Assembly: GCA_043819555.1 (NCBI GenBank)
Contig: JBDREQ010000073.1
Location: 233,950-297,949 of the forward strand
Direction: 5' to 3'
Length of the DNA stretch: 64,000 nt
Source of the DNA: Candidatus Zixiibacteriota bacterium
GTDB lineage: Bacteria; Zixibacteria; MSB-5A5; GN15; JAAZOE01
The notes beneath the pieces are model-generated. The model made no database searches. It saw nothing but the letters and a program-made list of their open reading frames with translations, and had not been told where the DNA came from. This document shows positions 49,981 to 58,877 of this stretch, piece after piece. Positions within the stretch are counted from its first letter, which is position 1. The number at the start of each line of letters is the position of its first letter. Both the position numbers and the translations under genes were made by a program.

Positions 49981-51705
49981 TTATTTTTTATACAATATCT
50001 TTCCGCCCACTATCGTATAAATAACATCGCATTCAAGGATATCTTCCTCCGGTACAGTCATTATATCTTTGGACAAAACAACTATATCCGCCAACTTTCC
50101 GGGCATGATTGATCCTTTAATATCCTCCTCGAACGAAGCGTAAGCCCCGTTAATTGTATATGATCTTAACGCTTCTTCCCGCGTCATTTTTTGATCCGGA
50201 TAAAATAGCGAACCGTCCGCCAATTTCCTTGTCACCGACGCGTAAAAGCACTTCAGCGGATTTTCACTTTCAACTGGAGTATCAGTGCCATTAACAATTA
50301 CTGCTCCTGTATCCATTAACTTACGCCAAACATATGCACCTTCCTCAATCCGTTTGTCATCAAGGCGCGTATTTACCCATGGACCATCAGAAGTGCAATG
50401 AATGCCCTGCATAGAAGCAATTACCCCCATTTGGCCAAATCTTGGGATATCATCCGTATGTAAATGCTGAGCATGCTCTATTCGCCATCGCAAATTATCA
50501 CGACCCGCGATCGCCTCTTCATAAATATTCAATGTTTCGCGATTGCCTCTATCACCAATCGCATGCGTACACAGCTGAAATCCACTCTCGATTGCCAGTC
50601 GGGCCGTCTCCCGCATGGCCTCGATTGAATCGGTATTGAGTCCGGTGCTGGTCGGTATGTCAATATACGGTTCCAAAAGCCAGGCCCCATGCGAGCCCAG
50701 CGCTCCATCAATTACCCTTTTTATCGAACGCACCGTCAAATAATTATTTCCATATCCGATAATTTTATAATTCTCAAGTCGATCGATTAGGCTATCATTT
50801 ACTTCTCCGATCATTGCGTTTATGCGAACATTTAATATTCCCCGATCAATTAATTCCTTATAAAAATCAATAATGCTGAATTTCACTCCGGCATCATTAA
50901 AACTTGTAACTCCGTTGGCCAAACATTCCTCAATAGCCAATTGCGCGGCCTCTAACCGCTCGGCTTCTATTTCCTCTTCAGAACGATTATTATAATACTC
51001 CTGGTAGGCATCATAGACCAGATCCTCCGCCATTTCTCGAAAAATACCAATTGGTTTCCCATTTGAATCCTTGACAATTTCACCCCCTTCAGGATCAGGA
51101 GTATTTTCAACTATCCCGGCCAATTCAAGAGCTTTGGCATTGGCAATCACTGAATGACCGCTGGCATGTTCAAGAAGCACCGGATTATCGGGAGACACGT
51201 TACTCAATTTTGTATGATATGGCAGTCCATTGACATTCGGATTGGGAATTTTGTCCCATTTATCCTGATGCCATCCCCTGCCCAATATCCACTCGCCGGG
51301 CTGAGCCTCTTCCACCGCAGCGCGAACCATCTCAACAATTTCATCCCAATTTTTAGTTTCCGCCAGCCTCAATTTCATTAGGCTTAGCCCCAAACCCATG
51401 AAGTGACCATGTCCCTCAATAAATCCCGGAATTACCAGCTTACCTTCAAGATCAATTGTTTGAGTATTAGTTCCCGCATAAATTTGAATGTCACTGCTAC
51501 TGCCAATCGCGGTTATTTTATCCCCCTTGATCGCTATCGCCTCGACTTGGGCATTATTCTCATTCACGGTCACAACTTTTCCATTTAGCAATACCAAATC
51601 TGCCATTTCTATAGATGGGCCACATGAATTAATGATCAAAAGAAGCGCAACAAGGCAGCCCCTGCAAATCCAATTCAATCCAAATATACAGTTCTTTCCA
51701 ATCAT
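49981..51705 (-). CDS. Amidohydrolase_3 (YtcJ-like) metal-dependent hydrolase, probable lipoprotein
   Basis: PGFIEGHGH, HAIGD, RIEHAQ, GTDTPV and GKLAD; INSC lipobox. Confidence 0.88.
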   Translation of the reverse strand: MIGKNCIFGLNWICRGCLVALLLIINSCGPSIEMADLVLLNGKVVTVNENNAQVEAIAIKGDKITAIGSSSDIQIYAGTNTQTIDLEGKLVIPGFIEGHGHFMGLGLSLMKLRLAETKNWDEIVEMVRAAVEEAQPGEWILGRGWHQDKWDKIPNPNVNGLPYHTKLSNVSPDNPVLLEHASGHSVIANAKALELAGIVENTPDPEGGEIVKDSNGKPIGIFREMAEDLVYDAYQEYYNNRSEEEIEAERLEAAQLAIEECLANGVTSFNDAGVKFSIIDFYKELIDRGILNVRINAMIGEVNDSLIDRLENYKIIGYGNNYLTVRSIKRVIDGALGSHGAWLLEPYIDIPTSTGLNTDSIEAMRETARLAIESGFQLCTHAIGDRGNRETLNIYEEAIAGRDNLRWRIEHAQHLHTDDIPRFGQMGVIASMQGIHCTSDGPWVNTRLDDKRIEEGAYVWRKLMDTGAVIVNGTDTPVESENPLKCFYASVTRKLADGSLFYPDQKMTREEALRSYTINGAYASFEEDIKGSIMPGKLADIVVLSKDIMTVPEEDILECDVIYTIVGGKILYKK

Positions 51706-51732
51706 TTAACTCTCCCTATTCTCAATTTGCGC

Positions 51733-53124
51733 CTAATTGCTATAAAACGGTTTCCATTTTTCAACCGATGGTTTTTCCGTAATAAAACTCCCGAAAATCA
51801 GACAAAATAGTGACATGCCCAGCGCCGGATAAATTGTTGGAATATCGAACGGTTGATTCCCAAATTCCCATATTAAAGTTACCAGCATACCAGATGCAAT
51901 AGAACTCACTCCCCCGGCGGCTGTTGCCCGCTTCCAGAAAAACGCCCCCAATAGCGCCGGTGTGATACCAACCCCATACATTGTATAAGCATAAAGCGCC
52001 ATCTCCAATATTTTTGTAAAAAACCTGACCTGCACAAAGGCGATAATTCCCAACAATACTACAACTATTCGCAGATATAAAACCATTTGCTTTTGAGACA
52101 CTTCAGGATTAATAAACCGTTGATATATATCCCGCATTACGTTCGTGGCCGGAACCAGCAGGAATGAATCGGCCGTTGAAACAATTACGGCGACTATTGC
52201 AGCCAAACATAAACATCCGATTATCAGCGGCAAACCAAATCGCACCGAGTGCAAAATCACCATTTCTGATTCGATATCGGTAAACACCGAACTGCCTATT
52301 ACAGCCAGGACAACTATTAAAGTTTCAACAATTATTGTCCCGATAATCCAGCCAATAACTGCTCTTTTAGCCGTTTTTTCATTGCGAGCCGAAAAAAATC
52401 TTTGATACATCCCCGATTCACCGAGGAGCAATAACATTGTCGGAAGCGAATATCCCAGCGCCTCAATCAAGGTCAACTTTCCAAGAGGCTGGAAATGAGT
52501 TTCCGGCAGCCGGGCCATTACGCCGCTCCACCCTCCTGCATTGTCAAGAAAAAACGGTAGAGCCACGAAAAATCCAACAACCATTATGATGCCATTGACA
52601 ACATCGGTGTACGCGACCGATATCATTCCCGCCAGAACCGTATATCCGATAACAAACAAAGCTGTTATGATTATCCCCTGGTCTATCGATATACCCGTAA
52701 CCAGATTCAGCACCATGCCACCGGCCCGAAACTGATAGCTGACAATCGCGGTATAGGCGATTATTGTCACAATCGTTCCCAGCACCCGCGCCCATTTATT
52801 ATAACGCGCTTCCAGAATATCCGGAACCGTGTATTGAGCGAAAGCTCGCACCCTGCCGGCGATAAAATAAAGGACTATCAGCGCAACCCATACTCCGGCA
52901 TTAAACCACAGGGCTGGCATACCGGTATCATACGCCAGACCCGCCCCGGCTATAATCGAACCCGAACCAATCCAGGTTGCCAGCAGTGTCCCTATCAATA
53001 CTTTCGAAGACAGCTTGCGCCCCGCTACCATAAAATCATCCTGTGATTTTACATATTTACTGCGGTACGCACCGACTGCGACCAAAATTATCAAATAACC
53101 AATGATAACCCAAAAATAAGTCAT
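51733..53124 (-). CDS. Sodium:solute symporter (SSS) family transporter
   Basis: DFMVAGRKL, ATWIGSGS, YQRFFSA and STADS; many TM helices. Confidence 0.92.
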   Translation of the reverse strand: MTYFWVIIGYLIILVAVGAYRSKYVKSQDDFMVAGRKLSSKVLIGTLLATWIGSGSIIAGAGLAYDTGMPALWFNAGVWVALIVLYFIAGRVRAFAQYTVPDILEARYNKWARVLGTIVTIIAYTAIVSYQFRAGGMVLNLVTGISIDQGIIITALFVIGYTVLAGMISVAYTDVVNGIIMVVGFFVALPFFLDNAGGWSGVMARLPETHFQPLGKLTLIEALGYSLPTMLLLLGESGMYQRFFSARNEKTAKRAVIGWIIGTIIVETLIVVLAVIGSSVFTDIESEMVILHSVRFGLPLIIGCLCLAAIVAVIVSTADSFLLVPATNVMRDIYQRFINPEVSQKQMVLYLRIVVVLLGIIAFVQVRFFTKILEMALYAYTMYGVGITPALLGAFFWKRATAAGGVSSIASGMLVTLIWEFGNQPFDIPTIYPALGMSLFCLIFGSFITEKPSVEKWKPFYSN

Positions 53125-53629
53125 GATAATTTTCCCATTCTCTAAAGGCAGCTATTCGTGATAAAACAGCCTGAATTAAATCATAAAGTCTGAAGATACT
53201 CATTTCCAAAGGCATAAATCAAGCCTAAGCATATACGATTAATAGTCTGCTCATTAACGCCCCTCCTCAAATGCGAACCAGCCCGGCGATGGAAGGACTC
53301 ATATTAAACTATTACTTCAAGTTGCGACCCGCATCTCTTATACTCATAATATATTATGGGCAACGGTCAAATGGCATAAAAAATCTGTTAAATCCTTATG
53401 CTCAAAAAATGCTAAAATTGCTCGCTTCTCGCATAAGATTTTTGTCTCCAGTATTTTGATTTTTCATTGTAAAATCACTTGATTCCTCAAAGCAAAATTA
53501 TTATGATTTGTGATTCTTTAAGTAAGCTATATTCTTGCGCCATGGCATTGAATTATGAGACATAAATGTTATCAATAGATGATTTTGCTGATTAAAAATT
53601 TGAGTATTATTATTCCCAAGGAGAAAAAA

Positions 53630-56476
53630 ATGTTCATCGCTAAATGGAAAAATCTATTGGCCACAATTACTCTGCTCACATCGCTATTTTTACTAACCGG
53701 CGGCGCGGCGTTAGCCGGAACAATTACGGGTCAGATCACTGATAAGGCGGACGGAATCGCATTATACCGTGCATCTGTCTCCGTTACTCCGGTCACCGGT
53801 GGAAAATCTACCGGAGCCATGACCGATGAAAATGGCAACTTTGAAATTAAAAATCTCTCTGCGGGTACTTATAACATCTCTATTTCATCTATGGGATATT
53901 CGCCTCAAACGATTTCAAGTGTGGCTATTACCGAATCCGATACAAAAACTATCACAGCCAATCTGGCTTCAACCTATATTAATATGGATGCCGTTTCAGT
54001 CAGTGCGTCCCGCCGCCCTGAAAAGATCGTTGATGCTCCCGCCTCAGTCAATGTCATTGAGACAAAAGCCATCGAATCCCGGACGGTTTTGACCACGACT
54101 GAGCATATTAAAGGATCACCCGGGGTTGACGTAGCCACCACAGGTCTAAACCAATCTAATGCCGTCGTCCGGGGGTTTAATAATATTTTTTCAGGCGCAC
54201 TAATGGTATTAACAGATTATCGCATTGCCCGAGTCCCTTCGCTTCGATTCAATGCCTACAATTTTATTCCTACCGTCAATGAGGATATTGAACGCATCGA
54301 AATAGTTTCCGGTCCCGGATCAGCGTTATATGGCCCGAATGCCGCTTCAGGCGTCATGCACATAATAACAAAATCTCCCTTTGCTTATCAGGGTACAACT
54401 GTTAGTCTCGGCGGTGGAGAACGGGAGCTGTTTTTGGCCTCATTCCGCCATGCCGGTTTGGCAGGCGATCGCATCGGATATAAACTAACCGCTCAATACT
54501 ATCAAGGATTGGATTGGAAGCATTACGAAAAGGCCGAACTGGAAAAACCAAAGATTAGAAAATATCTGCCAACAACCACCGGAAATCAATATGTGGGTGA
54601 TTCTATCCCTAACGTTAGAGATTTTAATATAGATAAATTTTCCGGCGAGGGCCGAATGGATTTCTTAATTGGTGATAATGCTTCACTTATTTTTAATGGA
54701 GGGTTTAGCCAATCAAGTAGTATTGAGTTAACCGGACTCGGCGCAGGTCAGGCTATCGATTGGACATATGCCTACGGTCAGGCTCGCTTTAGATATAAGG
54801 ATTTATTCGCTCAGACATTCCTCAATACCAGTGATGCCGGCGACACCTATCTACTTCAAACGGGTCAGTTAATTGTCGATAAATCAAAGGTTTGGGCGGG
54901 ACAGATACAGCATCGCTATACTCCTCAGGAGGAATTATCATTCACCTATGGAATTGATGTCCTCTTGACGCGACCCAACACAGAATATACAATCAATGGC
55001 CTGAATGAAGACATTGATAACATTAATGAATATGGCGGATACGTTCAGGGCGAATATAAAATCGATCCCAAACTAAAACTCCTCGGCGCAATTCGTATCG
55101 ACGACCATAACCACTTGAAAGATCTGGTAATTTCCCCGCGCGCCGCTCTGTCTTATCAACCGGCCAAAGACCATAATTTCAGAGCGACCTACAACCGCGC
55201 CTTCAGCACCCCCGATAATAATAACTTATTCCTCGACCTTCTGTCCCGGGCCGATATGGGCGACGTGGGCGCCAAATTCGCACCGTTACTGGGCTTTAGT
55301 CCCGCTGTGGATGTCCGCGTGCAGGGTGTTCCCGAATCTGGATTTCATTGGAAATATGACGATAGTGGCCTTCCTCAATTCCGATCCGCCTTTGCTCCTG
55401 TTGCGAGTCTGCAGCCAACTGATTACATTAGTATAAATAACGATGTTTTTACTGACGCAATGTGGTTGTTAGCAAGAACTGGTGTTAATATGGGATTTCA
55501 ATCTCAATTAGCTGCTGACACCCTTCTTCCACAACCGGTTAAGGACGCTGTCCTTTCCGTATTTACCGCATTAACTCCAACATCAATTGCCGGAGTCGGC
55601 AATATGCTAATGAGCTTGAATATGGATACACAGGCACTTGATCCTTCGTCGGTTGACGCAATAGAGGATATTGATCGGCTCGAACCTACGACAACTCAGA
55701 CCATAGAACTTGGATATAATGGCCTTATTGGCGACCGACTCAAATTTGGAGTTGATTTATACCGCACAGATAAAGAAAATTTTATTGGCCCATTAACGGT
55801 AGAGACTCCAAATGTCCTTATACATCAGCCAAATCTGCAAGCTCTACTATATTCTAATATTGATAGCGTTCTGACAGCAAATCCAACTGAGGCAGCCGTT
55901 CTTGCTGGAATACTTGACGAAAATGGGAATGGTGCCGCTGATGAATTGACAGCATTATATGCCTCGACTGCCGCATTTCCGATCGGCACAATCACCCCAG
56001 AAGAAGCTTACGATCCTACGGCGGTAATGATCACTTACCGCAATTTTGGAAATATAAATTTCTATGGCGCCGATTTCTCAATGGCCTATCATCTCAATCA
56101 TAATTGGGATATTGGCGGAACCTTTTCCTATATTTCCGAGAATTTCTTTGAAAAGAAAAAAGGACAGGTTCACGATATATATCTGAACGCCCCCAAATAC
56201 AAAGGTTCGGCCTATCTTCAGTTTCAATATCCCAAATACAATCTAAGCGGCAACATGAGATACCGTTACGTCGATGCTTTCGATATGGCCAGCCCGTTTT
56301 TTGGATCGTTTGTCAAAACCTATCACCTGCTCGATTTAAACGCAGGCATAGATTTCATGTATGACACACATCTTGCCTTAACTATCCAAAATGTCTTTGA
56401 TCACCGACACTCCGAATTCGTCGGGGCCCCCGAACTGGGCCGCCTGACTGTTGTAAGGCTCACACAATCTTTTTAA
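53630..56476 (+). CDS. TonB-dependent receptor with an N-terminal carboxypeptidase-regulatory-like domain
   Basis: Signal peptide; VSASRRPE, IERIEIVSGPGSALYG plug motif; C-terminal Phe; aaggag RBS before ATG 53630. Confidence 0.92.
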   Translation: MFIAKWKNLLATITLLTSLFLLTGGAALAGTITGQITDKADGIALYRASVSVTPVTGGKSTGAMTDENGNFEIKNLSAGTYNISISSMGYSPQTISSVAITESDTKTITANLASTYINMDAVSVSASRRPEKIVDAPASVNVIETKAIESRTVLTTTEHIKGSPGVDVATTGLNQSNAVVRGFNNIFSGALMVLTDYRIARVPSLRFNAYNFIPTVNEDIERIEIVSGPGSALYGPNAASGVMHIITKSPFAYQGTTVSLGGGERELFLASFRHAGLAGDRIGYKLTAQYYQGLDWKHYEKAELEKPKIRKYLPTTTGNQYVGDSIPNVRDFNIDKFSGEGRMDFLIGDNASLIFNGGFSQSSSIELTGLGAGQAIDWTYAYGQARFRYKDLFAQTFLNTSDAGDTYLLQTGQLIVDKSKVWAGQIQHRYTPQEELSFTYGIDVLLTRPNTEYTINGLNEDIDNINEYGGYVQGEYKIDPKLKLLGAIRIDDHNHLKDLVISPRAALSYQPAKDHNFRATYNRAFSTPDNNNLFLDLLSRADMGDVGAKFAPLLGFSPAVDVRVQGVPESGFHWKYDDSGLPQFRSAFAPVASLQPTDYISINNDVFTDAMWLLARTGVNMGFQSQLAADTLLPQPVKDAVLSVFTALTPTSIAGVGNMLMSLNMDTQALDPSSVDAIEDIDRLEPTTTQTIELGYNGLIGDRLKFGVDLYRTDKENFIGPLTVETPNVLIHQPNLQALLYSNIDSVLTANPTEAAVLAGILDENGNGAADELTALYASTAAFPIGTITPEEAYDPTAVMITYRNFGNINFYGADFSMAYHLNHNWDIGGTFSYISENFFEKKKGQVHDIYLNAPKYKGSAYLQFQYPKYNLSGNMRYRYVDAFDMASPFFGSFVKTYHLLDLNAGIDFMYDTHLALTIQNVFDHRHSEFVGAPELGRLTVVRLTQSF

Positions 56477-56491
56477 TAGAATCAGATATAG

Positions 56492-56534
56492 AAAAAACCC
56501 GGTTGCATATCCCAATGCGACCGGGTTTATTTTT
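56492..56534. terminator. Bidirectional intrinsic terminator
   Basis: aaaaaa-cccggttgcat...atgcgaccggg-tttattttt between the convergent TBDR and rtcB genes. Confidence 0.8.
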
Positions 56535-56607
56535 GCATAATTCCAAACTTTTTCTGACTTGAACGGCTTGAGATAGACTTTACACCATTTGGATTCCTAA
56601 TTAGCTT

Positions 56608-58056
56608 TCATCCCTTAATATTGGCAACCGGATCAAACCGCGCCACAATTTTGCTCAAACCCAGTTGATTGACAGCGTCTGATACGTCATCGATGTTTTT
56701 ATAAGCAAATCCAGCCTCTTCCGCCAGGCCCCTTAAGAATTTAGTTTTGACGACAATCCCTCTGGTAAGCATATCGCGTTGCAGCTCATCTCCCCTGATT
56801 TTCGTTTTAGCCTTGGAGCGAGACATAACCCGCCCGGAACCATGCACTGTCGAACCAAAATATTCATCCTCGGCTTTTTGCGTTCCGACAAATAGTGCCG
56901 AGCCGGATTCCATCGAACCGCCAATAATTACCGGCTGGCCAAATGCCCGATATGCCTCAGGAATATCACGATTTCCGGGACCGAATGACCGCGTGGCACC
57001 CTTCCGATGGACAAGAACTTTTCTGGTTTGGCCATCAATATTATAATTCTCAAATCTCGCTATATTATGGGCCACGTCATAAATCGTCTCTAAACCCATT
57101 TGCGATGCCGAAATCCCGAACACATTCTCAAATGATTTGCGTATATAATGCGTTATAATTTGACGATTGGCAAAGGCGCTATTTGCCGCGCAGGCCATCG
57201 CTGAATAATATGCCTGACCATCCGGTGATTTTATTGGCGCCGCCGCCAATTCCCGGTCCTTTATATTTAGCTTATGATTGTATCCTTTGGCCGTAAATAA
57301 CTTCAAATAATCGGTGGCTATCTGATGCCCAAAACCTCGCGATCCGCAATGAACCGCGATTATCACCTGCCCGTCTCCTGTTATTCCAAAACCGCAGGCC
57401 ATTTTTGTATCGAGAATGCCATGTTTGCTCGCAATCTCTATTTCAAGATAATGATTGCCCGATCCCAATGTTCCCAACTGATTTAGCCCGCGATTGACGG
57501 CTTTTTCAGAAACAGCCCCGACGTCTGCGCCTTCGACCCATCCCCCGGTTTCCGTATTTTCAATATCTGAATCCGTAGCCATACCGTTTTCAAGGCACCA
57601 TCTTGAACCGCCAAGCATCACCTGATTTAATTCCTTGCGATTAAGCTTGACCAATCCTTGCGACCCTACGCCGGACGGAATCGTCATGAACAGCTCGTCA
57701 ATAAGTTTTGATAATTTCGGTTTTATATCCTGAATTGTTAGGTTTGTCCGGATTAACCGCATCCCGCAATTAATGTCAAACCCAATTCCACCCGGAGAAA
57801 TTACGCCGTCTTCGGCATCAAAAGCCGCCACGCCCCCTATTGGAAATCCATATCCAAGATGGGCATCCGGCATACAAATAGCGTATTTATATATACCCGG
57901 CAAACAAGCCACATTCGTAATTTGCTCAATGACTTTTTCATCAATCCCGCCAATGAGCTTTTCCGACGACAAAATCCGCGCCGGGACATTCATCTCCGGG
58001 CGGGCCGAAGCGGGAATTTCCCAGATATTATCAGATATTTTCTCCAGATTATTCAT
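56608..58056 (-). CDS. rtcB: RtcB RNA ligase (long, archaeal/eukaryotic-like form)
   Basis: MPDAHLGYGFPIGG, DINCGMR, GTLGSGNHYLE, HCGSRG, HNIA, HRKGAT, HGSGR and EEA..AYK. Confidence 0.96.
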   Translation of the reverse strand: MNNLEKISDNIWEIPASARPEMNVPARILSSEKLIGGIDEKVIEQITNVACLPGIYKYAICMPDAHLGYGFPIGGVAAFDAEDGVISPGGIGFDINCGMRLIRTNLTIQDIKPKLSKLIDELFMTIPSGVGSQGLVKLNRKELNQVMLGGSRWCLENGMATDSDIENTETGGWVEGADVGAVSEKAVNRGLNQLGTLGSGNHYLEIEIASKHGILDTKMACGFGITGDGQVIIAVHCGSRGFGHQIATDYLKLFTAKGYNHKLNIKDRELAAAPIKSPDGQAYYSAMACAANSAFANRQIITHYIRKSFENVFGISASQMGLETIYDVAHNIARFENYNIDGQTRKVLVHRKGATRSFGPGNRDIPEAYRAFGQPVIIGGSMESGSALFVGTQKAEDEYFGSTVHGSGRVMSRSKAKTKIRGDELQRDMLTRGIVVKTKFLRGLAEEAGFAYKNIDDVSDAVNQLGLSKIVARFDPVANIKG

Positions 58057-58484
58057 AAGTCAAAAATAACCGAAGTCGAATAAATATCACCTTCTCGTTT
58101 TATATTCACTTTGTAATATGTTACGGCCTTGATTTCGTTTTTCGCGACATCAACATTCAAATCAAACTTTCTGTAATTGATTTTACCTGTCAAAAAGTAC
58201 CCGTCCGTCCTTTCTTCAATTGATAAATCAAAAGTCGTCGCTATTAACCCTTTGGCATCAAATAAATAAAGCAATTCTGAGAGCCAGTCAATAAATAGCC
58301 CGTCAACCGAATTGCTGCTAAGCTCAATCCGGTCTTCAAAATTCCCCATCTGCGCGGAACTCTCAAGAATAATATCAAACATTCCCTCTGCCCCGGCAAT
58401 AAAAAGCTCTTCCAGAGAATCACCGGAAATATCAATTCCGATATCAGTTACGGATAAATTGTCATTTATTACAAATTTACGCAT
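58053..58484 (-). CDS. Archease
   Basis: DIGI...G.SLEELF, DWLSELLY, EIKAVTYY and C-terminal FDL; stop overlaps the rtcB start (ATGA). Confidence 0.9.
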   Translation of the reverse strand: MRKFVINDNLSVTDIGIDISGDSLEELFIAGAEGMFDIILESSAQMGNFEDRIELSSNSVDGLFIDWLSELLYLFDAKGLIATTFDLSIEERTDGYFLTGKINYRKFDLNVDVAKNEIKAVTYYKVNIKREGDIYSTSVIFDL

Positions 58485-58516
58485 AAAAAAAACCGCCTGC
58501 CGGCTTGGCAGGCGGT
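58485..58516 (-). terminator. Intrinsic terminator after the ferredoxin gene, abutting the archease start codon
   Basis: Minus strand: accgcctgcc-aagcc-ggcaggcgg-tttttttt-ATG. Confidence 0.75.
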
Positions 58517-58533
58517 ATCTCCAACCAAATTAT

Positions 58534-58725
58534 TTAATTGGCTTTTTCTATACATTCGACGGGGCAAACCGCAACACAATGAGGCCCATCATCCTGGTCC
58601 TCGCACTCATTACAGGTCTCAGGATCAATGACATAAATATCATCTCCTTCTGTAATTGAGGTCGTCGGGCATTCCGCCACGCAGAGATCGCAGGCGGTGC
58701 ATTCGTCGGTAATTTTCATAGCCAT
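58534..58725 (-). CDS. 2x[4Fe-4S] ferredoxin (YfhL/Alvin-type spacing)
   Basis: CTACDLCVAECP and CNEC-x8-CVAVCP; aaggag RBS. Confidence 0.92.
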   Translation of the reverse strand: MAMKITDECTACDLCVAECPTTSITEGDDIYVIDPETCNECEDQDDGPHCVAVCPVECIEKAN

Positions 58726-58816
58726 GATTGTATCTCCTTCAAAATAGTTGGTCTTTGCTACAAGGCCAAATCTAATAAATTGATAACATTTAACAAGGTA
58801 TTTTTTTGAAATAAAT

Positions 58817-58850
58817 AAAAAAACCTGCCCGGCAAAATACCGGGCAGGTT
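58817..58850 (-). terminator. Intrinsic terminator after the 1622-aa gene
   Basis: aacctgcccgg-N7-ccgggcaggtt with a U tract on the minus strand. Confidence 0.8.
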
Positions 58851-58877
58851 CGTCAGAGAAGAGTCTGACAATAAAGA

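Noticed and set aside
53345..53358. Second dif site
   Set aside because: The CATAA/TTATG halves are separated by 4 bp, not 6, and the outer arms do not match. Kept only as a possible operator.
53125..53629. Riboswitch (cobalamin/TPP) or Fur box ahead of the TBDR or symporter; 62-aa ORF 53271-53459
   Set aside because: No conserved riboswitch core or convincing Fur consensus was visible, and the ORF lacks an RBS and motifs.
42968..58056. Genomic island integrated at tRNA-Leu (or at tRNA-Arg)
   Set aside because: No integrase gene and no duplicated tRNA 3' end was found by eye.
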